Positions 42,139-53,400 of a stretch of 64,000 nt of DNA are shown piece by piece. The DNA lies in IMG/VR virus record IMGVR_UViG_3300046697_000300, positions 1 to 64,000 of that record. One strand, given 5' to 3'. How positions within the stretch are numbered: position 1 is the stretch's first letter; every line of letters begins with the position of its first letter. The notes below the pieces were generated by a model. The model saw nothing but the letters and a program-made list of their open reading frames with translations. It had not been told where the DNA came from and did not search any database. The DNA comes from a virus. The position numbers and the translations under genes are program-made.

Positions 42139-43842
42139 TTAGGCCCTTGGAATCTTGAGGCCGCCAATCCGGGGGCCCGTCAGGGGCAACCCCGCAGCAA
42201 CCGCCTTTTCCTTCTGCGCAATCCGGTGGGCTTCCTGCAGCGCCCAGCGCGCGATCGAGGTCTCATCGACGCCCGAGGCGCGCATCTCCTTCACCCTCTC
42301 CAGCATCTTGAGCCGCTCGGGCTTCACTGCCTCCACCAGCCAGGTGTTATAGGCATAGGCCACCATGTCGTAGAGGTCGTCGTCGGCGTCGCCGTGGATC
42401 TTCTTCACCGCCTTGCGCTCGTCGATCACCCGGGTCGCGACCGAGTTAAAGGTGCGCGGCATGGCCGTGGTCAGCACGATCTCCCTGCCGGCGAGGCCGG
42501 TATAGAGTTTCTGGGCGTTGTCGGCCGGGTTCTTGTGGCTCTTGATCAGCGAAACCCCGTGCTTCGCAAACACGCCGGCGATGATGTCGAAGTTGGTCTC
42601 GCCGGTGCCGTCCTCGTTGTCATTGGCGGGGTCGATCGTGGCAAACAGGATTTTGCGCCGCTCGTCGCCCATGCGCGGCTTGATCCAGAACTCGCAGATT
42701 TTTTCCGCGAACTCTTTGGAGATCATCTTCTGCTCGCTCAGTTCACCGATCCCGAAGACGCGGCCGTTATCGTCGACCGCAAACAACCCCGCCGCGGCGT
42801 GCGAGTTCCCGTAGCCGTAGTCGATCGAGATGAAGTGATTCCACCACCACTCGACGCCCACCTGCTGGAAGGGCATCGACCACTCCGGCCGCAGGAACCC
42901 GAAGTAGAGGCTCTCGGCGTTGCACCAGCAGCCATGGAGTAGCTGCATCTGGATCTCCGGGGTCTGCGAGAGCAGGGAGTCGATCTTGTCCTGGCCATAG
43001 AGCGGGTTGTCGGTCACCGAGGCCGGGAAGAACGCGACGGTCTTGTGCGTCAACTCAGACGGCGATGGCGGCCAACTCCAGCTTGTGCCGGAGTAGACGC
43101 GGCCTGGCCACACCGAGGAGTGCAGCGGGTCCGCGTCGAGCCTGGTGCCGGGGTAGTGGAGCGGGCAGCGGTTGCGCAGGAAGACGCTCATCTGCCAGCC
43201 GTGCCCGACGCCGCCGGGGTTGGTCGCAAAGCGCGCCCGCACGCGCAACCGGCGGTCGACCGCGGCGAGCCAGGCGATCATCTGCCTAACCCGAGCCTTG
43301 GGGTGCAGACCGCTCTCGTCGATGCCCAGCCAGGAGTATGGGTTACCGCGGTACTTCTTGAGGTCGGCGTCACTTGAGAGGTAGCCGAACCGGATACGGG
43401 CGCCGCTGCTGCCCAGAATCTTCACCCAGCGGCCGCGCTTGAATTCATACCCGGGAAAGATCCACTGGCCGCCGCCGGTTCTCAGCCGGTACTTGGCGCC
43501 CAGCGGTTCATAGGCCGCCTTCATCCGGTCGCCGATCTGGTCAAACTCGCCCAGTGACTCGCGCAAAAGCAGACCCCTGAAACTCGGGATCATGTACTCC
43601 TGCATCGCGTCGCCAACCAGAAAATCGCTCTTGCCCCCGCCCGACTGGCCGCCGTAGAGAAGCATCTCCGCCGGCGAGCAGAGCGCGGCCTGCTGGGCGC
43701 CGTTGATCGGCCACCAGACCGGGTCGAGTTCGGCCGTCGGCGGTATCCAGGCAGGGAAATCGTTGGGGATTGAGAGCTCGCCGGGCGCGAGCGGCGGAGG
43801 CAGTTGGAACAGGGCCGGCGGTGTAAAGGATTGCGTGCTCAT
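42139..43842 (-). CDS. terL: terminase large subunit
   Basis: Walker A GGQSGGGKS, Walker B-like WLGIDESG, nuclease-domain FISIDYGYGNSH...TIDPAND. ATGA overlap with the upstream gene. Confidence 0.85.
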   Translation of the reverse strand: MSTQSFTPPALFQLPPPLAPGELSIPNDFPAWIPPTAELDPVWWPINGAQQAALCSPAEMLLYGGQSGGGKSDFLVGDAMQEYMIPSFRGLLLRESLGEFDQIGDRMKAAYEPLGAKYRLRTGGGQWIFPGYEFKRGRWVKILGSSGARIRFGYLSSDADLKKYRGNPYSWLGIDESGLHPKARVRQMIAWLAAVDRRLRVRARFATNPGGVGHGWQMSVFLRNRCPLHYPGTRLDADPLHSSVWPGRVYSGTSWSWPPSPSELTHKTVAFFPASVTDNPLYGQDKIDSLLSQTPEIQMQLLHGCWCNAESLYFGFLRPEWSMPFQQVGVEWWWNHFISIDYGYGNSHAAAGLFAVDDNGRVFGIGELSEQKMISKEFAEKICEFWIKPRMGDERRKILFATIDPANDNEDGTGETNFDIIAGVFAKHGVSLIKSHKNPADNAQKLYTGLAGREIVLTTAMPRTFNSVATRVIDERKAVKKIHGDADDDLYDMVAYAYNTWLVEAVKPERLKMLERVKEMRASGVDETSIARWALQEAHRIAQKEKAVAAGLPLTGPRIGGLKIPRA

Positions 43843-44426
43843 CCGACCTTAATTGAACCCAGCCGGCTCTTGATCTTCGGCGCCGCTCCGGCCGGCGTGG
43901 TCGGCGTTGGCGGCTCAGGTACGCTCGGCGGCTGCGCCGCTGTCACGGGAAGAATGGGGGTCGGGGCTTCGGAGACCTGGACGAGGGCCTGGTAGAAGTG
44001 CGCCGGCCTGGGCGTCGCGTCCGAGTTTGGGTCGTCGCCGCCGCCGTGCGGCAGCAGCTCCAGCGATCGCATGGCGCCGTGCTGGATCCGGCCGTTGACG
44101 ACCAGGGCAGTCCGGATCGCGTCCATCTTGAGCGAGCCGTGCTCTTTGGGGTCGAGGACCATGACCTCGACCAGCGACGAGTCGATCAACTCGTTGGTTA
44201 GTTTCTCGGCCTTGACCTGCTGGCGCGCGCGCTCCAGGCGCACCGCCTCGTCCTGGCGCTCGAGTTCGGCCTGGAACTCGGGCAGGTTGAAGGTCTTGAT
44301 CGCCTGATTTTTAGGGATCCTCGCGTGTTCGGCGCCCTTGTAGATGTCGCGGTACTTGCGGAATTCCGTGACCATGCGCAACTGCGGCCTGGTCAGGGGT
44401 GGGGGGTCTTTCTCTTTTTTTGCCAT
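43839..44426 (-). CDS. probable terminase small subunit
   Basis: 195-aa basic N-terminus and Pro-rich tail, translationally coupled to terL. Position-based call only. Confidence 0.45.
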   Translation of the reverse strand: MAKKEKDPPPLTRPQLRMVTEFRKYRDIYKGAEHARIPKNQAIKTFNLPEFQAELERQDEAVRLERARQQVKAEKLTNELIDSSLVEVMVLDPKEHGSLKMDAIRTALVVNGRIQHGAMRSLELLPHGGGDDPNSDATPRPAHFYQALVQVSEAPTPILPVTAAQPPSVPEPPTPTTPAGAAPKIKSRLGSIKVG

Positions 44427-44436
44427 GCCCGTTGCC

Positions 44437-44454
44437 CTTCTCGTTGCCCTGCTC
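44437..44454 (-). promoter_or_regulatory. conserved leader block GAGCAGGGCAACGAGAAG (copy 3 of 3)
   Basis: Minus-strand caaGAGCAGGGCAACGAGAAGggcaacgggcATG. Confidence 0.4.
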
Positions 44455-44477
44455 TTGCAAATTAATGAATCTGTGAA

Positions 44478-47400
44478 TTAGTAGTCGATCGGCACGCCGT
44501 GCTGGCGCAGCGTGTTCTCAAGCTCAGTAGCCGCCGGCACGTTCGAGCTGGCCAGCGTCTGGATCTTCCGGTCGGCCTTGGCTTCCATGATGTCAGAGAG
44601 TTCCGCGCGCTCGCTCGCGTCGGCTGCGTTCCACACCTTGACCGCGTCGTCGAAGTTGCTCATGTGCTTCACGTCGTACTGCAGGTCACTCATCGAGCCG
44701 CGCTCCTGGACCCTGGCAGCGTCCTGCGGCGAGATCTTGCCCGTCGACACCAGGTTCCAGAGGTCAGTCTGCGAGATCTGGCCGTCCCTGAATTTCTGGC
44801 TGAGTTGCACATTGCGCCGGCTTTCGGCCTGCCGCTCCTCGCTCTCCGGCTCGTCGGGTATCCCCCTAACGTAGAGGTCATGCGCCTTCTTCTCGAGGGG
44901 CGTGTGGTAGTTCGCCATGTTCGCGCCGAGCGAGGTGAAGAAGCTCTCGATCAGGCTCTGGTCGTTTGTGGTGAAGAGTTTCTGGACGGGGATCGGCGTG
45001 GTCTGGGTCGCGTAGCTCTTAGCAAAATGCGTCTTTGTTTCCTGCCGGCCAAAGTTGTCGCGGCCGGTGATGAACTCGATCGTCGGCCGTATCGTGACCG
45101 GGTTGAGCCGGTTATAGGTCCACTCAGCCGGGCTCGCCACCAGGTGGGCGATGTCCGAGTAAACGGTGCGGACCGAGATCGCCTTGTTGCCCCAGGCCGG
45201 GCCCCAGCTCTTTGGCGTGACGACGGTAAAGGCATCCTGCGGATCCCAATGCGCTCCGCGGCGCCAGCCCTGCTCGTGATTAAGGGCAGCGTTGATGATG
45301 CGGCATGCGGCATACATCAGCGCCGCGCCGCGCAACAGGGCCAGCCGCTGCTCCGAGCCAAACTTCGAGAAACCCTGCGCCACAAACTGCGCCCGGGCCT
45401 TGGTGAAGTCGGGCGAGAACAAGAGCAGGTGTTCGGCAGCCTTGAAGGTCCGGTTATTCATCACCTCAAGGTGCCGGAAGAACGCCGGATCCTGGCCGGA
45501 AAACGCAGCGTTGGTCTGGGCCGCGCTCATCAGGCCGATCTCGTCGCGGGTGAGCTTGGCCTGGGCGCCGGGCCTTCCGCCGCCGTAGCGCTCAAGGTTG
45601 CGCTCGTAGATGATCTTGTACGACTTGGCTTTGAGCCGCGGGATCCAGTCGCGGAAGAGGTACCTGTGATAGGCGCCCATCCCCGGCAGGCCGCTCAACA
45701 CGCCCTCGGGGTCGATCTCGACCATCTTGAGGCCGTGGCCGACGCCGTCCTGGACGGTCTTATCCTTGGTCAGGTCCTCGAGCGAGTCCAGCCGGAACGG
45801 GTTGATGAAGTGATCGAGCGCGTGCATGCCGAGCTGCACCTGGTGGAACCCTGAGCCGTAGAGGATCACGCCCTTCACGGTCGACCCGGCCTTGCCGACC
45901 GCCCGCGCCGTGCCCTTGATGATCTTCACGGGCAGGTGGTCTGAGGGTGACTCGAACCAACTGCGGGTGACGAGATCCGAGACCCGGCCGGCATACTTCG
46001 GGTGGATGACGATGTCGCCCTTCATGGCCAATTGCTTGCCCTCGGGCACCGGGAACCTGGGATCTTCGGGGGTAAACAGTTTCGCCTGCTCCGCCGGGTC
46101 CATCTTGGCATAGCCGGGTGCGAGCACCTCGCGGTCCTGGTCGTCGAGTTCCCAGGTAAAGTTGCGCAACTGGCTGGCCGGGATGCGCACGTAGTCGTCA
46201 ACGTTCTCGGGCCGCTTTGGCTGCTTCATGATCCGGGTCTCGCCGGCCGTGTTCTTGTCGACGATGGCCCAGCCTGAGCGGCTCTCAAGCGCAGCCAGAG
46301 GCCGGCCATCCTCGGGGTCCACCCCATACAAAAGCGATCGCACAAAGCCGCGGGTCATAAAGGTTTTGGTGAACGCATCGTGATACGACGATAAGATCCG
46401 GCCGGCGTCCATGGTCTTCGGGTCTTCGCCGCCCATGATCGCGTCGAAGAAACTCGGCCAAACCCGGCGCTTGAGAAAACTGGGGTTCGACATTAACTCA
46501 GAGAAGTCCGTCACCGCGCGCAACTTGGCCAGCGTCTCAGGATCAGTGGCAAAGGTGTGCATGGCGTAGTGTGACGCGCCCGCCGGCAGCAGGCCAGCGT
46601 CGGTCAGGATCTTCAACTGCTGCTGGTAGTAGCGGGTGTGCGCGTCGGCCACCTGCTGCTGTTCCGGGGTTAGATTGAGCGCATCTTTGAAGGCCTGGGC
46701 GTTGCGCTTGCCGCCGGGTTTTGACTCGAAGGCTACCGAGCCCGCGCCGGCTGCCCAGCGCTTGAGTGTTTGCGGGTCGCCACCGGCTTCGCCGTAGGCG
46801 GTCATCGCGTTGCGCTCGCGCTCGCTCGGCGCCACGCGCTTCAATTCCTTCTGGTAGCGATCGACGTCCATCGCGGCGCGCAGCTCGGCCTTGCGCAGGT
46901 CGCCCAGATTCTGGAAGTAGTCGGTCCACGGCGCCGGCTGTCCCCAACTGTCCCAGGCACCTGCTGCCGCGCCCTTGACGCCACCCCAGGCCTTTTCGAT
47001 CGCGGTGCCGGTCTTGGCCACGGCGGCGACGCCGGCGTCGCTCGCGGCCTCTACACGCTCGCCCATGCCCATCTTGCGGGCCGGCATCCCCTTGAGGTCA
47101 GCGATCGCGTCCTCAAGGCTCTTGCCGGTATCATGGCCGCCGGTCGTAACCGTGGTGGGGGTCGCCCGTGGCGCCTTGAGCCCGGCAAGTCGGTCGTGAA
47201 ACTCCTCCTCGCTCTCGTCGCCGCGTTTGGCGGTGAGGTCTTCCGACACTGGCGTGCGCTTGAAGAGCGGCTGGCCCTCGGTCATCACGCTCTCGCGCAT
47301 GGCGTCGGTGACCGGCAGGTAGGGCACGGTCACAGCGCCCAGTTCGCGGTTCAGCCGGTCGGCTTCGGCCTGGGCGGCGTCGCGGTCGTAATAGTGCATG

Positions 47401-50400
47401 TCCTTGGCGGGCGTCAAACCCTCCGACGAGATCACGCTGAAATCCGGCTGGCCGTCGCGCGGCGGTCCTTGCGTCACGCGCCATTTGTTATCGGGCAGGC
47501 TCGTCTCGACGACCTTGGCGCCGAACGGCTTGCCGATTTTGTTGGCGGTCTGGGGCACGATCTTGTCGTAGAAATTCTTCATCCCCTCGCCGCCGACCTT
47601 GAGGTCGAGGCCAGAGAAGGTTTGGCGGCCTACGGTCCCGGCCGCGGGCGCTCCCGCCACGATCTTTGCCGCCAGGTCCTTGCCCACGTGGTCTGCCAGT
47701 TTCTCCTCGGACACATCCAGTTCGACCTCGCGCCAGCGCCCGTCGGGCATGCGCGCTGTCAGATCGTACTTGCCATTGCCAAAGCCGATCGCGTCCAAAC
47801 TCTCGATTTGTCTGCTCAGGTCGTATCGTGCCGCCTGCTGCTCACCCGGCGTCCAACTGATGCCGTCGTAGCCGTTCTCGGCGGCGTAGCGGATCATCCG
47901 CTTCATCAGCAGCTCCGGCCAGGTCTTCTTGAAAGGCGCGTTCGGCACGCCGCGATTCCCGTTTTCATTCAGCCTACGCTGCGCCTCGTCGTACTCGCGG
48001 GTGATCGCCGCGAGCCTTGGGTCATCTCTCTCCGCGCCGCGGAAATCAGAGCGAACGATGTTTGTCTGCTCGATTGCGTCTTTTGCGCTAGAGGCAGCAA
48101 CCGTGTACACGATCCGGCCGTTGACCGAAACCTCCCAATCTCCCGGCGCTCCTGCCGCCGGCTCCGCGCTGAATTTAGCGAATCCGCGCAATTGCTTCCA
48201 GAGGTCGTTGCGCCGTAGCTCAAGCGCCCTTACTTCCTCGGCCGGAAGAGAGCGCAGATACCCTTCCGTGCGCCCTCTCTGGTGCCAGTCGCTCTGCAAC
48301 TCCTCTAGGTGCAGCAGCTTTTCGCCGTTCGGGCCGGTGCGGTCGTTGAAGCGCACATGGCCGATGACGTTCGGCTCTTCCCAGTGCGGCGTGCGGAAAT
48401 CGACGGCGTGGGTGTCGCTCCGGCTCTTCGTGTCGGCGACGTACTGCATCGCCCGGCCAGCACTGCTCATGCCGTAATTCTGCTTGGAGATCATGAACTG
48501 TTGGCCCGGCGCGTCGATCGCCCAATGTGTCGGCGTCGTGTCCTTCTCGTTGAGCTTCAGCTCAGAGAGATCGTAGCGCGAACTGCCTTGCGACGGCAGT
48601 GTGAGCAGTAGTTCGCGGTAGTTCTCGCCCCCGGGCAGCGTGTAGCCCTCAAATTTTACGGGGCCGGCGAGGCGCGGTTCCAGCGCCTTAACCTCGCGCT
48701 GGTGCGGTGTTCCGCCTTTCTCGACCTCCTGTATTCCTATATCGTTCGCGGCCAGCGTCTCGCGCAGTTCCTGCGGCTTGACCGGCGCGGTCCCCTTGGC
48801 GCGCAGCAGGTCGCCCAGGCCAGTCCACTCGAGCTCTTCCGGCTTCACGCCGTTGTTTTCCAGCATGCGCAGGGCGGCGTTGGCCGGCATCGGGCCCTGC
48901 ATCTTCTGGCCGATCAGCCGCTCGCTCTTGAGGTAGAACGTCGGCGCTTTTTCCAGTCCCTGTTCCCTGTTCCCTGTTCCCTGTCTTTTGAAGAGCGACC
49001 CCTGCGGGCTGGCGTCCGACCCTCTAAACAGCGGCGCGTTGCGCTCCATCTCGCCGGCCTTCTTGTCGATGTCGGCGAGCGGCGTCCGCAGTTGCTCCTC
49101 CATCGCCTGCTTCTCGGCCGCGGTCCTGGCCTCCTCAGCCTCCTTGACCGCGTCCTCCATGCCCGGGAAGGCGATCGGCTCGCCCTGGAGCGGAACAAAG
49201 CCCGGTGGCCGGCGGCGCTGGAAGAGGCCGCCCTGGCCGGCAGCCTCTAGTTCTGCTCGCGTCGGCGCTGTTCCCTCAGCGCCTGGTTGAAGGCCTGCAC
49301 CACCGGGCTCTCGGCTCCCCGCCGTATCAGGCGCGAGCCCTTGCCGAGGGGTTGCTTCGCGTACTGCTTCCCGGTTCGGTTGAGCCACTCCTCGGCCTTC
49401 TGCCCCTGCTCCTGCTCGAGCTGTTTGCTGTCCATACTCCCTCGCTCTCTTGATTACTTCGGCCAGTTTCGGGTCGGCGGCCGGCATCCCGTCGAGGACC
49501 GCCGGGCCCTTCTCGTCGATCGCGGCTTCGAGCGCCGCCTGCGCCAGGTCCTGCTGCTCGGTTCCCTTCCAGTCAATATCGGGGTCGCCCGCGAGCGCCT
49601 TCCCGACGATTTCCGCGGCGACCTGTGGGCCGTCGGCTTCCTTGTAGAGTTCCCTCAGTTTTGCCAGAACTCGCTCAAAGACCGGCATCGCGGCAAGCTC
49701 TTCCATGGTATCCGACCCGTAAAGCCCCGACCGGATATACCAGCGATGCCAGAGCTCCTCGCGCAACGTCGCTGGGTCGTAGTCGCCGCGAATCAGCAGC
49801 AGCGAACCGTCGGCGTCGCGGCCCTGGTCGAGTGCGAGCGCCAGCGCCTTGAGCGACTCTGCGGCCTGCCGCATGCCGGGCCGTACCCGCACGTTCGACT
49901 CAAACGATCGCACCCTGGCCACCATGCGCGAGGCCTCGGCGGCCACGAGATAAACCCCCTCGAAACGGTCCTCCGGAAAAGCGATCTTCCGGATGGCTTC
50001 GTAAGCCGGCGCGTTCATCACATGCACCGGCGCCCCGTCGACTTCCATGCGGTCGACTTTAGCCCTGGCGGCATTGTCCCAGGTCAGCCGGTTCTCGGCC
50101 GCAGAGAGCTCGCGCTGGTACCGTCCCCTGGCTATAAGTCGATTCTGCGTCTCTTCCGCGGTTTCGCCGGGGAGGCGACCGGCAGGTCGAGCGCCAGCGG
50201 GTACATCTCCAGAAGCTCCTCCGGCGTTGCGTCCCTGGTCGGGAACCAGATCTCCGGCTTCTGTCCGGGCCGGTACCGCACCTCGGGCGGCAGTATCACC
50301 TGCGGCTTGCCGAGTGGCTTCACTCGCTCGAGCGGCTGGCGTAGCAGCCGGCGGCGCCTCCTGAATCCGTGCCCCAGTTTCGGCATCTTCTCCCCCTACA

Positions 50401-53400
50401 ATCTGGCCCGTGTTTGGCTCGACCTGCGTCGCGCGGTCGTCGTACAGTTTCACCATCTTCGGGTCTTTGATGTTCGTGATCGGCAGCACCTGGCCCAGGT
50501 GTTGCTGGCTCCAGGCCTCGATCGACGCGCGGGCGACTCCGGTTGGGTCGTCGGCCACGCGCGCCGTAAAGAACCTGACATTCTTGACTAGCTTGCCGTC
50601 GACCCGCTCGCCATTGGCGAGGATGTTCCTGATCCGGTCGACCATCTCCGGAATCGGTTTCCCGATGAACTCTTTGCCTTTGAACTCGGTGTAGTGGGCG
50701 AGCGTCTTGTCGAGATCGACCCCGATCCACTCGGCCGCCGGATCCACTTTTGGCGGCTGCACCCGCTCAAGGTCGGTCGGCTTCACAGCCTCGCGGAGCT
50801 TGCCGTCAGAGAGCCGGACCCTGGCACGCACCAGCCCGGTTGAGGCCGGCGTCACGTATTGCACCACGCCGGCGGTGCCGTCCCTCAATCGGACGACGTC
50901 GCCCTTGGCTATCTCTCCGGGGCCTCGCTCTGCGGCGGCACTACCGGCTCCTGCTGCGCCGGCGCCTCGCCCTCCTTGGGTTGCGTCAGGCCGAACCTGC
51001 TGGCTGCCTGCCGGTACAGTTCGAGGCCCCTCAGCACCCGCTCCTTCGCCGCGCTTGTAAGCCTGGGCCAGCGCGGTCCTTGCGGCGCTATAGGCTCTGC
51101 GTTTGATCTCACTCGCGTTCCCCTTTCCCTCGGCCAGTTCCGTGGCGGCCGCGTTAAGGATGTCGTCGACCGTCCCGGTGCGCGTACTCAGCCGGTCATA
51201 AATTTCCTGGTCCTGGTCCTGCGCCGCGGTCTCAGCGGTCTTCGCGTTCTCGGCCGCGTTGATCTTGTTCTGGCCCTTTTCAAGCGTTGCCGCGCGGCCC
51301 TTGTCGGCGACCGTGGCAAAGAGCCTGCGCTCCCTGCCAATCTCGTCGCGGATATAGGCCGAGATCTCCGCCTTTTCGAGCGCCAGGTTGCGCCGCATCT
51401 CGACCGCTCCGAAGAGCGTCTGCTGCGTCTCGGCGTGTTCGCCGGCACCCGACGCCATCCTGGCTAACTCGGCTACCGTATCGTCACTTACGCGACGGCC
51501 CCGCATCTCCTGGCGCTCGATCAGCTTGAGAATTGCTTCCTGCTGCTCTGGGACCGCCGTGGCGTTGCCGATCTCGACGGCACGGCCGATGCGCAACTGC
51601 CCGCTGACGACCTTGTCGAAGAGTGAACTGTGGAGCCGCGACAGCGCCAGGCCGTTCGCGGCCGTGGCTTCACCCAAGGATATGCCCTTTTCTTTCAGAT
51701 CCGCAAGCCCAATTCCGCTATCGCGGAAGAACTTCGCTGCGTCAACTGCGGTTCCGCGGCCCTCGGCGATGTTCTGGAGCGCGGCCGTGGCCCGGGCTTC
51801 CTCGGCCGTTGTGGCCGGCAGGTGCAGCGCGTTTAGCCGGGGCACCTCGTTTTCCTTGGCGTGCTGGGCCCGGTGGTGGCCGTTGACGACGTAGAGTTTA
51901 CCGTTTGCGGGATCTCGCCAGACAGAGATCACGCCGGCCAGGTCCGGGTTCCATTTCTGGCCCTTGAGCAGGTTGGTTGTCCCCGATGCGTCGGTATTGA
52001 GTTTGTATTGGAAGCGCTTCGGATCGAAGGCTATCTCGGAGGTCTTGACCGAGCCTACTTCGCCCGGGCCTGGTTCGCGTCCTCGGGCGCCAGGCGCGCT
52101 TTCCACTTCGTTTTTGGGTTTAACTTCAACGCCTGGTCCAAGCTCACCACGGGCGCGCTCTCCCTGACTCTCGCGCTCAGACTTGTGGGCTTTGAGGGCG
52201 GATTCTGCGGTTTTGAGATCGGTGCCTGTGCCATAACTGAAATCGACTCCCTTCAACTGTACCTGTGATCCGGCCGGCTCGATGCCGTCGAAAACCTGCG
52301 CTCTGAGAATTTCCCTTGCCTTTTCCAGTTTCGCTTCAATGTCTTTTGGCGAGTCACCGCGGTAAAGGAACTCGTCGCCCTTGTCGTGGTACGCATCGAG
52401 GCCAGCCGCCCTCAGGGCCTCGGCCTTCGCGCGCAGCAGCTCGTCGCCGGCGGCGTAGCCAAAACGGTCATTGAAGGCCTTGAGCCCGTCTGCGTCGCTC
52501 ATCGCGACCGCGGCGGCCGGCTGCTCGCGCTGCTTCTCTTCAAAGGCCCGTCGGTTGGGCAGGCCGGTCTTCTCGCTGGTCAGCAGTTCGCGCCGCATCT
52601 CTTCGGGCGCCATCTCAGCCACACGCTGCCGGCGGCCAGCGTCGACGCGCCGGTCTGGAGTTCCCTTGAGCGGGATCTCGGTTTCATTCCCCTTACTGTC
52701 GGTAACCGTGATCGAGTTGACCTTGAACGGCTTGCCTGCTGTGACCTGGTTGCCCACGTACTTCTGAGCGGCCTCGGGCTTCACGTAGGCGATCGTCGCG
52801 TGGGGTTTGTAGTCGGCGAAGTTTGACCGGGCAAAGTCGCCATGCTGCTCGATCTCGCGGTTGAGCCGGGCAAGCTCGGTGCTCTCGACGGGCGCATGCA
52901 GCGGCACGGCGCCATCAGAGTGAACCGAAGGCGGAAAGGCTGCGACAGGCCCCAGCGTCGCATCGAACGGGGTCTGCGACTCAATGAAGAAGCGCAACCC
53001 CGGGGTTAGGTCATGTTGCAGGCCGTAGCGCACCGTAACATGGTTGCCGCCCACATCCTTGCCCTGGCCGGCAAGGTCGGCCTCGGGAATCGCGGCGCGG
53101 GCCTGCTCGATCGCCTGGGCGGCATCCGAACCAGCCGGGATGTTCGAGTGTGTGGTGCCGAACTCGTGCTCGGTCGCCGTCTCCTGCTGGCGCGCCTGAA
53201 AGTCCTGCCAGTGTTGATCGTTCCGCTGGCGCAGCTCGGCCGCGGCATCCTTGTCGCCGTCGCGCGCCTTCTCGTAGAGGCTGTGGTCTTTATTGGCGGC
53301 GTCGGCCACTTCGCGCGGCAGAATCTGCACCTCGTGCGACACGTCGGACCCGGGCGCGCGCACGTTGAGCGTGTAGGAGTGGAACCCATGATCCTCGTCG

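Noticed and set aside
44499-50591. Plus-strand ORFs of 430-480 aa (44499..45854, 46770..48218, 49287..50591) and 59931..61544 further right
   Set aside because: All are antisense to the giant ORF or the 1056-aa structural gene, lack SDs and have Arg/Gly/Leu-rich shadow composition.
52227-52604. Calling the GGDEF-like domain an active diguanylate cyclase
   Set aside because: The signature reads KGDEF and the I-site is absent. Activity and product cannot be inferred from sequence alone.
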